The notes under the pieces were generated by a model that did not search any database, was not told the origin of the DNA, and saw only the letters and a list, made by a program, of their open reading frames with translations. DNA of 64,000 nucleotides from Eledone cirrhosa (lineage: Eukaryota): contig OZ024744.1 of NCBI GenBank assembly GCA_964016885.1, positions 44,454,001 through 44,518,000 on the forward strand, given 5' to 3'. Position 1 is the first letter of the stretch; every line of letters starts with the position of its first letter. Shown piece by piece: positions 29,101-42,038 of this stretch. A program made the translations under genes and the position numbers.

Positions 29101-32100
29101 TTAACTAACAGATGGTGTAATACTAGCATTGGTCATTAAAAATGGTATATTTTTAATATTGGTAAATAACATATGGAATAATACTCTCATTCTAAGTAAC
29201 AGATGGAGTAATACTAATATTGATAAGTAACAAATGGTGTAATACTCTTATTCTAAGAACTAGATGGTGCAATACTAGTATTGGTATCTAACAAAAATGG
29301 TGTAGTACTAGTATTGGTAACTAACAGATAGTGTAATACTAATATTGGTAACTAAAAGATGGTGTTATGCTAGTATTGGTAACTGACAAATGGAGTAATA
29401 CTAGTATTGGTAAATACCAGATGGAGTAATACTAATATTGGTAAATAACAGAATGGTGTAATACTAGTATTCTTACTAACAGATGGTGAAATACTAGTAT
29501 TGTTAACTAACAGATCTTGTAGTACTACTATTGGTAAATAACACATAGTTTAGTAATAGTATTGTTAACTAAAATATGGTGTAATACTAGTATGGGTAGA
29601 TAACAAATGGTGTAATACTAGTATTATTAACTGATAGATGGTGCATTACTAGTATTGGTAAGTAACCTATGGTGTAATACTAGTATTGGTAACTGTGAAA
29701 TGGTGTAGTAATAATATTTGTAACTAACAGATGGTGTAATACTAGTATTCCAACTAACAGGTGGTGTAATACTAGTGTAGTACTAATTTTGTTAACTAAC
29801 AGATGATGTAATACTAGTATTGGTAACTAACAAATGGTGTAGTACTAATATTGGTAACTAACATATGGTATAGTACTAGTATGGCAACTATCAGATGGTG
29901 TAATACTAGTTTTAGTACTTAACAAATGGTGTAATAGTAATATTAGTAACTAAAAGATGGTTTAATGCTTGTATTGTTACCTAACAGATAGCGTAATGCT
30001 AGTAGTGTTAATTAACAGATGGTGTAATACAAGTATTGGTTACTAACAGATGGTGTAATACTAATATTGGTAATTAACAGATGATGTAGTACGCGTATTC
30101 ATAACTAATAGTTGGTTTTAACTAGTATAGGTAACTAACAGGTGGTGTAATACTAGTATTGGTAACTAACAGATGGTGTAGTACTAATATTGGTAACTAA
30201 CAGATGGTGTAATGCTAGTATTGGTAACTAACAGATGGTGTAATGGTAGTTTTGGTGATAAAATGGAGTAATATTAGTATTCTAATTACCAGAGGGTGTA
30301 ATACTAGTATTGGTAACTAACATATTGTGTAATTCTAGTATTGGTAACTAACAAATGGTGTAGTCCCAATATTGGTAACTAACAGATGGTGTAATACTAG
30401 TATTGGTAACTAACAGATGGTGTAATACTAGTATTCTTACTAACAGGTGGTGTAATACTAGTGTAGTACTAATTTTGGTAACTAACAGATGGTGTAATAC
30501 CAATATTGGCACTAACAAATGGTGTAGTACTAGTATTGTTAACTAACAAATGGTGTAGTACTCATATTGGTAACTAAGAGATGGTGTAGTACTAGTATTG
30601 GTAACTATCAGATGGTGTATTACTAGTTTTAGTAATTAACAAATGGTGTAATAGTAATATTAGTAACTAAAAGATGGTTTAATGGTTGTATTGGTAACTA
30701 ACAGATAGCGTAATACTAGTATTGGTAATTAACAGATGGTGTATTACAAGTTTTGGTAACTAATAGTTGGTGTTAAACTAGTATTGGTAACTAACAGATC
30801 GTGTAATACTAGTATTGGTAACTAACAGATGGTCTAATATTAAATTTGGTAACTAACAGATGGTGTAGTACTAATATTGATGAATAACAGATTGCGTAAT
30901 GCTCCTTTTGGTAAGTATAAAATCGAGTAATACTTGTATTCTAATTAACAGACGGTGTAATACTAATATTGGTAACTAACAGAGGCTGTAATACTAATAT
31001 TGGTAACTAACAGATTGTGTAATTCTAATATTGGTAACTAACAAATTGTGTAATATTAATATTGGTAAGTAACAGTTTCTGTAATACTATTATTCTAAGT
31101 AACAGATGGTGTAATACTAATATTGGTAACTAACAAATGGTGTAATACTAGTATAGGTAACTAACAGATGTCGTAGTACTAGTATTGGTAACTAACAAAT
31201 GGTGTAGTACTAGTATTGGTAACTAACAGATAGTGTAAACCTAGTATTGGTAACGAACAGATGCTGTAATACTAATATTGGTAACTAACTGATGCTGTAA
31301 TACTAGATTTGGTAACTAAGAGATGGTGTAGTACTAATATTGGTAACTAACAGATGGTGTAATGCTAGTATCGGTAACTAACAGATGGTGTAATGCTAGT
31401 TTTGGTAAGTAACAAATAGAATAATACTAGTTTTCTAATTAACAGACGGTGTAATACTAGTATTGGGAACAAACAGATGGTGTTATACTAATATTGGTAA
31501 CTAACAGATTGCGTAATTGTAGTATTAGTAACTAACAAATGGTGTAATATTAATATTGCTAATTAATAGTTGGGGTAATACTATTATTCTAAGTAAGAGA
31601 TGGTGTAATACTAATATTGGTAACTAACAAATGGTGTAATACTAATATTGGTAACTAACAAATGGTGTAATACTAATATTGGTAACTAACAGATAGTGTA
31701 GTTCTAGTGATGGTAAGTAAGAGATGGTGTAGTCCTGATATTGGTAACTAACAGATGGTGTAATGCTAGTATAGGTAACTAACAGATGGTGTAATACTAG
31801 TATTGTTTACTAACAGATGGTGTAGAACTAGTACTGGTAATTAACAAAATGGTGTAGTACTAGTATTGGTAACTAACAAATGGTGTAGTAGTAGTATTGA
31901 TAACTAAAGATAGTGTAAAGCTACTACTGGTAACTAATAGATGGTGTAATATTAGTATTGGTAACTAACAGTTGGTTTAATACTAATATTTGTAACTAAA
32001 AGATGTTGTAATGCTAGTATAGGTAAATGACAATTGGAGTAATACTAGTATTCTAATTAACAGAGGGGTTAATAACAGTATTGGTAACTAACAGATGGTG

Positions 32101-34635
32101 CACTATTATTATTGGTAACTAACAGATGGAGTAGTGCTAGTATTGGTATCTAACAAAATGGTGTAATACTAGTATTCTTACTAACATATGGTGTAATAGT
32201 AGTATTGCTAGCTAAAGGATGGTGTAGTACTAGTATTGGTAACTAACTGACGCTGTAATACTAATATTGGTAAGTAATAGATGGTGTAATACTAGTATTG
32301 TTTACTGACAGATGGTGTAATACTGTTATTGGTAACTAACAGATGGTGTAATACTAGTAGTGGTAACTAACTGATGCTGTAATACTAATATTGGTAACTA
32401 ATAGATGGCGTAATACTAGTATTGTTAACTGACAGATGGGGCAGTACTAGTATTGGTAAGTAACAGATGGTGTAATACTAGTATTGGAAACTAACAAATG
32501 GTGTAATACTAATATTAGTAACTAACAGAAGGTGAAATACTAGTATTCTAACTAACAGATGGTGTAATACTAGTATTGGTAACAAACAGATGGTTTAATA
32601 CTGGTATTAGTAACTAACAAATTGTGTAATAGTAATATGGTAAGTAACAGATGGTGTAATACTAGTATTATAAATAACAGATGGTGTAATACATCTATTG
32701 GAAACTAACAAATGGTGAAGTACTAGTATTAGTAACTAACAGATGGTGTACTATTAGTATTAGTAACTAACAGATAATGAAATGCTAGTATTGGTTACTA
32801 ACAGATTGTGTAATATTAGTATTGGTAACTAACAGATGATGTAATGCCAGTATTTTTAACTAACAGATGGTGTAATACTAGTATTCTAACTAACAGATGG
32901 TGTAATACTAGTATTCTAAATAAAAGATGGTGTAATACTAATATTGGTAACTATCAGATGGTGTAATACTATCATTGTTAACTAACAGAGTGTAGTACCT
33001 GTATTGGTAACTAATAGATGGTGTAATACTAGTTTTGGTAACTAACAGGTGCTGTAATTCTAATATTAGTAACTAACAGATTGTGTAATACTTGTATTGG
33101 TAGCTAACAGATGATGTAATACTAGTATTAGTAACTAACAGATGCTGTAATACTAGTACTGGTAACTAACATATGGTGTTGTACTAGTATTGGTAACTAA
33201 CGGATGGTGGAATATTAGTATTGGTAACTAACAGATGGTGTAATGCCAGTATTGTTAACTAACAGATGGTGTAATACTAGTATTCTAACTAACAGATGGT
33301 GTAATACTAATATTGGTAACTAACAGATGGTGTACTGTTAGTATTGGTAACTGACAGATAGTGTAATACTAGTATTGGTAACTAACAGATGGTCTCATGC
33401 TAGTATTGGTATCTAACAGATGGTGTAGTAATAGTATTGGTAACTAACAAATGCTGTAATACTTGTATTGGTAATTAACAGGTACTGTAATACTAATATT
33501 GTTAACTAACAGATGGAGTCATACTAGCATTGGTAACTGAGAAATGGTATATTATTAATATTGGTAAGTAACAGATGGTGTAATACTCTTATTCTAAGTA
33601 ACAGATGGTGTAATGCTAGTATTGGTAACTAACAAATGGTGTAATGCTAGTTTTGGTAAGTAACAAATGGAGTAATACTAGTATTCTAATTAACATACTG
33701 TGTAATACTAGTATTGGTAACTAACAGATGGTGTTATACTAATATTGGTAACTACGAGATTGTGTAATTCTAGTATTGGTAACTAACAAATCGTGTAATA
33801 TTAATATTGGTAATTAACAGTTGGTTTAATACTATTATTCTAAGTAACAGCTGGTGTAATACTAATATTGGTAACTAACAAATTGTATATTACTCGTATT
33901 GGTAATAACAGATGGTGTAGTACTAGTATTGTTTACTAACAGATGGTGTAGAACTAGTATTGGTAACTAACAATATGGTGTAGTACTAGTATTGGTAACT
34001 AACATATTGTGTAATACTAGTTTTAGTAACTAGTAACTAAAAGATGGTTTAATAGTAACTAAAAATGTTTTAATGTTTGTATTGGTAACTAACAGATGGT
34101 GTAATGCTAGTATTCTAAGTAACAGACGGTGTAATACTAGTATTAGTAACTAACAACAGGTGTAGTACTAGTATTGGTAACTAACAGATGGTGTAGTACT
34201 AATATTGGTAGCTAAAATATGGTGTAGTACTAGTATTGGTAACTAACATATGGTGTAATACTAGTATTGGTAACTAACAGAGTGTGTAATACTAGTATTG
34301 GTATCTAACAGATTGTGTAATAGTAATATTGGTAACTAACAGATGGTGTAATACAAGTATTCTAACTAACAGATGGTGTAGTAATAGTGTTGGTAGCTAA
34401 CATATGGTGTAATACCAGTATTGTTAACTAACATATGGTGTTATACCAGTATTGTTAACTAACAGATGGTGTAATACTAGTATTGGTAGCTATCAGATGG
34501 TGCAATACTAATATTGGTAACTAACAGATGGTGTAGTCATAGTGTTGGTAGCTAACATATAGTGTAATACCAGTATTGTTAACTAACATATGGTGTAATA
34601 CCAGTATTGTTAACTAACAGATGGTGTAATACTAG
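11165..34635. repeat. 31-bp satellite, roughly 750 diverged copies, consensus TGTAATACTAGTATTGGTAACTAACAGATGG
   Basis: Continuous period-31 array with 30/32-bp variants. Each unit contains the 12-bp palindrome AATACTAGTATT. There are no unique spacers. Confidence 0.97.
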
Positions 34636-34771
34636 GGCAAGTGTATATGATACATAAACAGTCAGTCAGGGGCGAATAACCGATGGTCTATTCCTTCTAT
34701 TTAAACAGTAACAGAACCATAATAATAATAAGAAGAAGAAGAAGAGCTGCGCTACTGAATTAAATACTTAC

Positions 34772-34899
34772 TAATTAGATAATCAGACCAAATGAAATTA
34801 GCGTGTTTTATAAATGTCTTCACAGTTCTTGTCTGTTTGCCATATTCGTATTTTTTGTTACTTCCAATGTTGACAATGATTTTGTCAATGTTTCCCTCT
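34772..34899 (-). CDS. S1 serine protease internal exon (not in the ORF track)
   Basis: Acceptor ctattttgcAG, 1 nt plus 42 codons EGNIDKIIVNIGSNKKYEYGKQTRTVKTFIKHANFIWSDYLI plus A, then donor GTAAGT. Phases match both neighbouring exons (TT+A=Leu; A+AG=Lys before NDIA). Confidence 0.88.
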
Positions 34900-35096
34900 C
34901 TGCAAAATAGTGGTAGTAGTAGTAGTATTAACAGTGATGGTTGTAGTGCTAGCAGAAGTAGTAGTATCTAGAGTAAGAGGGGAGAGAAGTTAGGAAGATG
35001 AGGTGGGTAGGAGGACTGGTAATGCAATTAAGACCGCCAACAATTGTTCTAAACAAAACACTCAAAGCTAAGGATATATCAAGAAGAAGAATCATA

Positions 35097-35252
35097 ATAT
35101 AATTGTCTCTACTTTTGGCACAAGGCGAGCAATTATCCCAGTACATTACTGGTACTTTATTTTATCGACCCTGTAAGTATTAAAGGCAAAGTTAACCTCG
35201 GCGGGATTTGAACTCAGAACGTAAAGGATCATAACTCTATGCTGCAAAGCAT
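35097..35252 (-). mobile_element. SINE copy, 5' truncated
   Basis: Reverse complement of the 6827 family, including B-box (GGATTTGAACTC on +), core and tail. Confidence 0.8.
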
Positions 35253-35264
35253 ATGTCTAAGAAT

Positions 35265-35456
35265 ATAATTGTTTCTACGTTAGGCACAAGGCCAGCAAAT
35301 ACCCAGTGCATTACTGGTACTTTATTTTATCGACCCCGTAAGGATGAAAGGCAAAGTTAACCTTGGCGGGATTTGAACTCAGAAAGGCAAGGGCCGTAAC
35401 TCTATACATCAAAGCATGGCGTCCGACCCTCTACCATTACTGCCAATCCACCGCCC
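35265..35456 (-). mobile_element. Full-length SINE with 14-bp target-site duplication
   Basis: Same family; TCTAAGAATATAAT flanks it at 35256-35269 and 35457-35470. Confidence 0.88.
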
Positions 35457-35594
35457 TCTAAGAATATAATACGAGTGTGTTTAGTCCATTCGTGATGGAC
35501 GGTACGCTTTAGTTACATACACACACATCTACACATAAATACATAAACAGACAACAGAAGTGTAAATACACACACAAACACACACATCTATGTA

Positions 35595-38500
35595 ATGATT
35601 GAGGAAGGAAGGGGATAGTGAAAGGTTATAGCGACGTGCGTTAATTTTTGTCACCCACCAAGAAGCGAAGTCTCAATCTTTGGTTACCCTAAAGAGTGAG
35701 GAGATAGTCTTGGTGCCCTCCTACCGCGGGCAGAAAATTGTGAGGGTCAAAGTGACCCAGGTCTCGCCTGACGTTCCCATACCTTGGTTGGCCGCGTCTG
35801 TTCTTGCTGGAATCAAGGACAGGACGACCACGCTGCAAGTACAGAGAATAGGGAGAAAGAACTGGTCAGGTATAGGGATGCAAATGCTAATACAAACCGA
35901 CGAGGAGTGTATCGAGGCTATCCTGGATATCATAGACCTCGAGAAAGGACTCCAACTTCCTATAAGCATGGAAGGAAGGCGCCCAAATTGCTATCTCCGT
36001 GGGTCACCTCGGGGTATTTTGCCCGCAAAAGAAAACGAAGAAGAAGGCCCCGCTCCTTCCGACGCCTGGTCCACTGCGACCAAGAGCAGGATAGGTAACA
36101 AAGGCAGCAGACTCTTCCACGGTGAGTAGGAGCGCAACGTCCGTGGCACCTATACCAAGGCCACGGACAACTAAAACATCAGCAGCAGTGGCGGCAACAC
36201 CAGTAACTACATTTGAAGTAGCTGCACCAGCAACAAAATCGCCAGAGAGGGCTATACTACCATCACCAACAGCCGTGGAGCACATACCCATCCCAGACGC
36301 CACGGAATCCGACTTGGAGTGTCAGACGGGAGTGAAGTGGCAAAAGATGCGCCACAAAAACAAAAAAGAAAGAACCACTTAGCTTCGCCCTCCAAAAGCG
36401 AGGGCAAACAAAGAGGGGTAAAGGCTGCAAAGCGACTCGAAGCAACGCCACCACCAGCATCACAACAAACACCAACATCGCAAACATAACAAAGCACACA
36501 TACCCAACAGCAGCAACAAGAAAACAGCAACCAATCCCCCTAAAAAAAACATTACACAGCCATAAACATGGCAAATAACGAACTCTTAGAACATATAAAG
36601 CAGCCCACAGACGTTACAGACAAAAAATACTACACCCCACCAACACCAAGAACATTACCAAACATTATAAACATAATTGAAATTAAAATACATTATCAAG
36701 ATTTAGAAGAAAAATTCCCCAACGCAGTTGGAGACTTCAGAGGTTCGGTTACTAAGAGGATATACACCGACATTATCTTGGAGACACCCATGACTAACCA
36801 AAGAGACGGAAAGGTTTGGGTCTTGCCATACAATCCATCTTCCTGGACCCAGAAGGTAAGTCGGTGGTGCTGGACGTGACTGGCAGCGAAGACAATGCTT
36901 TCAGGCTAGTAGCCGTCTACTCCCCAGCAGGGATAGGACGGCCAGATTTCTTCAGACGTCTAGAGAACTTTCTGGGTGACTGGAACGGTATCTTAGATAC
37001 ACGCTGGGATTGTGTGGGGCTAGTAAATAAAGGAGGAGGATGCAAAATCCTCACCAACCTGCTCAGACGTTTTCAACTGTCTGACAGGTATCGACTGGAT
37101 TATCCGAATATGCCAATGTGGACATGGGCAAACCGCATCGGGTCATCCAGATCGTATCTAGATAGGGTATTGTGTAGGGAAACAGGCTAGTATAAGTTGT
37201 CCACAATTTAAAGTAGTCGGCTACTCGGACCCCAGATTTGTGATCTGTGAAGTCGATTTAGATAGACTTCATAGGCAAGGACCTGGTTACTGGAGGCTGA
37301 ACGCGTCTTTTCCGGCGCGCAAAGTCTAGAGCCCGGATTAGCGTATTAGTGAAGCGGGCTTTGATGGGAGCGGTCGTCAACAACAGGTGGTGGTTTGCCC
37401 TGAAAAGGGCAATTAAAGTAGAGTCGATTAGGTTTAACAAAGGAGTAGCGATAGAGGAAAATAGAGTAGTGGGAGAGGTAGTCAGAAAGCTAGAAGAGGC
37501 GTTTAGACAAGCATCGCAACCGACGTGCTTGCGGCGAGATTGGCACTCGACCAATTCTTCAACGAAAAACACGAAGGCTGTGTTGTCAGAGCTATCGATA
37601 ACTTCAGGCCCATAACTCTGCTAAACGCAGAGTTCAAGATTTTGGCCAGGGTGTTAGCAACGAGGTTGGCCCTTGTCGTCGAGGATCTGGCGGGAGAGGC
37701 GCAGACATGCGCCATTCCAGACAGATCCATACACGGCATCCTCCATCTCATGCGATACATCGTAGAGAGGGTGGTTAAGGAACCTGGCACGGGTGGGGCC
37801 CTGATCAACTTGGATCCAAAGCATTCGATAGGGTCGACCATCGGTACCTGGCGGCGGTCCTCGAGGAAGCCGGTTTCGGGCCCGTTTTCAGGGGTTGGAT
37901 CGCTGCGATGTACAGCGACATCTTCTCGGTTGTGAGGGTGAACGGTCACCTGTCGCAGCCGCTCAGGATCATGCGCTCGCTCCGCCAGAATTGTCCCCTC
38001 TCGTCCCTCTTGTACGTATTGGCTCTCGAGCCGTTACTGCACAAATGATGAGGGGCGTCCCACGCGAACTAGAATGCGGGAAATCCGTATCGGCTTACGC
38101 CGACGACGTCACCGTGATGGTGTCGAGCACCAGACACGTCCACATGCTAGCACCGCTCTCAAGTAATACGAAGCGGTGATGGGTGCAAAGATAAACCAGG
38201 AAAAGTCGGTGGGCTTGCAGCTCGGCACCTGGAGAGGCAAGTCCATGCCGTCCGACAGCGTCGTGGGGCGTTGGACGGACGGACCGATTAAATTGTTCGG
38301 GGTCTGGTTCGGACCGGACCTCCAGATGGAGAAAAACTGGAGTGTGGTGACGAGCGGGTTCGCCTCCTTCACCCAGAAATGGACCGAGAGGAAGCTGTCC
38401 CTGAAAGGCCGGGCGGAGGTGGCGAATGCGTACATCAAATCCGTCACCCGCTACCGCCTCATCGTCCCTTGCCCCGGCCCAACTCTCACCAAAATGGAGC

Positions 38501-39742
38501 GCCTCCTCTTCCGCTTTTTGTGGAAGGGACACGCTCCCATGCTCAGACGATCCATCTTCTGTCAACACACGTTGCGTGGAGGACTGGGCATGCCATGGCT
38601 GATGATGCAACATGCGTTGAGGCTGCGACATCTCTGGTGCTTCCTTGACGGTAAACAGGTGTGGTCGCCGTTCGCCAGGCACGTTTTCCCACAGCTCGTC
38701 TCCTTGACGGAACTGCAGTCCTGGGTCAGGAAAAGACCGAGAGATAGCGCTTGGAAACTGGAATGTCTCCAGGCGCTCACCGACCTCTGCCAGCTAGGCA
38801 CCAGTATCGGTTGAACATCAACCTCGGCGTTCTATAGAGGATAGTGTAGGGAAGAGCGACGACGTTCTCGGAGAGATCCTGAGCGTCGAAGAAGATCAGC
38901 TGTTTGCTCTCTTCCGGAGAACTTTCAGCCCAAGGCCTATGGATAACTTCCAAAAATCCCTGGCCTGGCAGTGCTACCGGGAAGCGTTGCCGGTCGAGAT
39001 AAGCTCTCCAGGCACGGAAGTGCCGTCAGCCGAGCCTGTCCGAGATGCGCGCAGAGCAACGAAACCGTCGTGCACACACTCGTTCAGTGCCCGAGCATTG
39101 CTGACTTGTGGAGCTATGTCGAACAGTTGCTGTCGCGTGTAGGACTGATCCGGTTATCGACTGAGTCCATTGTGCAGAGGTCTCGCCGTCTTCCTTCGAG
39201 GAGGAAGGGCAGACGGTTTTCATCTGCCTGGTGGCCATGGCGAAAGAGATTGAGTGGTGGACAAGGTTGAAAGGGTTAAAGACAGACACTTTCCTCTTCG
39301 GCGAATCCCTAATTAACTTTTTCAAGTTTCATTTGAAGAGGAAAATAAGGGTGGAGAGGCAAGTGCTGCCTTCTAGCAAGTTTGTTGAAAGTGGGTGAAT
39401 GTAGCGAGAAGGGTCCGAGTGAATATACGCCTGTAGTTTGAGAAATGGAAAAATTGAGAGAGGGCGCTTGCCCTGGTGGTCAGGGTGGCCGTGCTCTTTT
39501 GTGTGGTTTTCGAAACGAGTAACCCTCTGATGTTTCCCCGCTATTGGGGAATTTTTCATTGTTTCAATTTTCATTTGTATTGTTTATAGAGAGATATATA
39601 TATGTTTCTATGTTTCTTTTTCTTTTCTTATATAAATAATAAAAATATTTACACGCACAAAACCCACATCGTACCGTCCTGTACCGACCTGTGCCGTCTG
39701 TAATGTTTTTCTTGATGTCAGCCCTTGTGGCCAATAAAGAAA

Positions 39743-39813
<71 letters not shown>
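35595..39813 (+). mobile_element. Degenerate, 5'-truncated L1/Tx1-type LINE (copy 1) with (ATT)n tail
   Basis: ORF1 remnant homologous to 40557 ORF. ORF2 fragments include endonuclease (GDWNG, SYLDR), RT (NFRPITLLN, AYADD) and C-terminal CPRC...HTLVQCP. Many stops, frameshifts and internal deletions. AATAAA followed by (ATT)n at 39745-39813. Confidence 0.92.
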
Positions 39814-40021
39814 GGCGACCTACGTAGTAAATCGTATCATCGTGAGCTCCGCAAAGGTTTGTTATTTCCGTTTGTTAAAAATTGTCATTTATGGAAAATA
39901 TTATTGTTAACTGTTTATAAGCGCACATACATTGTTTTCCGAAAAGGACACCCAAAATGATTGGGGCCTTGTGCCCAAAATTTAAACTTTTATTATTATC
40001 AAAAAAATTTCTTTGAAAAAA

Positions 40022-41999
40022 ATGGCTAATTCACCTCTGCACGAAGCAGCTGAAAGCCTTCCTCACAAATTAACACCTCACACCGACACCACCATTCTAA
40101 ATGTTACTACGTTTGCCAACACAAAAAAAAATATAAGCACTAGCAATATTTTAAATTTGTCTCAGGCAGACATTCATTTCCCGCCATTACCAATGACTGC
40201 AGGTGTTAAAGCCTCCACCACCACCACCACCGCGACAACCACCACCACCACCACCACCGCGACAACAGAAACAAAAGAAGAAAAAAATAAATTAACTCGT
40301 GATGTCGAAATGAAATCAAGCAAAATGGACTCTTCCCCACCAAAGACGACTGACGTCACCACCACCACAACTGAAACTAAAATTAATATTAACGATAGCA
40401 ACAACAACAACAATGATATTATAAAACCCCCCTCAGTTTCGCCAGAGTAGCAAAACAGTTCGAAGCATTTACGGTAACTCAGGAGGATTTAGAAAATGCC
40501 AAACAAATGGTAAAGAAAGATGGGTACAGGGTCAGCCTCACCCCCCACCTAATAAAATGGAGCATCGGCGCCTATGCAGCGTGTCGTATAGAACAATAAA
40601 TGTAAAATCGCGCCGAGTGGAACGGGCATCCGAGTCCCAAATCCAAAAAGCTTTGGGACATGTGTGGGCAAGAAAAACCCACATCAGACGTGGGCAAAAG
40701 TATGGAACCGTGAACGTGTTCTTTGAAACACCAGAGGAGGCTAGAGAACACTCCATGGCCCCATTAAGAAGTGACGACTTCACACTCGTCCCAAGCTATT
40801 GTGGCCAGAGACTCGTAAAGATCAGGGTGACCCACGTTCCACCGGCCATCGAAATTCCCTGGCTAATAGCGGCTGTCCTCGCCGGCATCGAAGCCAACAC
40901 GAAAATAATAGCAATAGCAAAAGAAAAGCAGGAGAACTGGTCCGGATCTGGGATGGAGCTCCTGATCCAAGCGGACCAAAAAAGCATTGAGGAGATCCCA
41001 GAGGTAATAGACCTCACTGACGGCAGCCACCTCACGGTAATTGTCGAGGGCAGAAGACCTAGGTGTGTCGTTTGTGGTGAAGGAACCCACCTAAGGGCTT
41101 TCTGCCCTCAGGCTAAAAGGTTGAGGCCACCTCTCCTACCCACCCCAGTGACACAACCATCAACACCACCAGTAGCAGAGATGACAGCAACAACTGTAGC
41201 AGCAACAACAGAAGCAACTATAACAGCAACAACCCCAGCAACAGTAGCAAAACCAACACCACCACCACCACCAGCAAAACCAACACCACCACTACCCAAC
41301 GCTTCAGAACTAGCACCAGCGCCTACACCATCCACCACGCCACAACCAAAACTAACGGCTGTGGAGGATTTTCCACTCCCCGGCCTATCACAACTGGAGA
41401 CAGATTGTGACGACGAGGAGTGGGAAACGATATCCGGAAAAAAAAAAAGAAACCAAAAAAGAAAAAATTCTCTTCCTTCCCCCTCCAAAAACAAAATACA
41501 GAGGGAAACAAATAAATTAAGAAACAAAACAGATAGGACAGATATGCCACCATCCACACCAGCATCACCAACCCCATCAACCCAAACACCAACACCATCA
41601 CCATCATTAACCCCAACACCACCATCACCTACACCACAAAAGTCACCAAAATGCGAAACAGAAACAAACCCACAACAAACGCAAACAAAACAAAACAACC
41701 AAAACGATACACACTACACAGCATTAAATTTGAACAACAAGCAATTATTACACTACATCCAACACAACACCAGCATCACAGTAAAAGACTACACAACAAT
41801 CCCAAAATTCACACCACCTCCACACATACAAATCACTCGCATCACACAGAAAACGTACATGACACTAAAACAAAAATTCCCAAAGACATCGGAGACTTCC
41901 GACAAGCACTCTCCAGGAGGATTTATAAGGACATCCTTCCTGAGGAGGCCACTAGCAGTGAAAAGGATGGAAAAACCGTCCTTCCCCTACGAGAAGTAA
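40022..41999 (+). pseudogene. LINE ORF1 (gag-like, CCHC zinc knuckle), split by stop/frameshift near 40450
   Basis: MANSP... ORF ends at 40450. ORF 40557-41999 contains CVVCGEGTHLRAFC (CX2CX4HX4C) and Thr/Pro-rich linkers. Confidence 0.8.
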
Positions 42000-42038
42000 G
42001 GTAAGTGGTCTTTCCCATCTTTTCCACTCCTTTTCAAC

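Noticed and set aside
11165-34635. CRISPR-like appearance of the 31-bp palindromic repeat
   Set aside because: Units are contiguous with no unique spacers, there are no cas genes, and the context is a eukaryotic intron.
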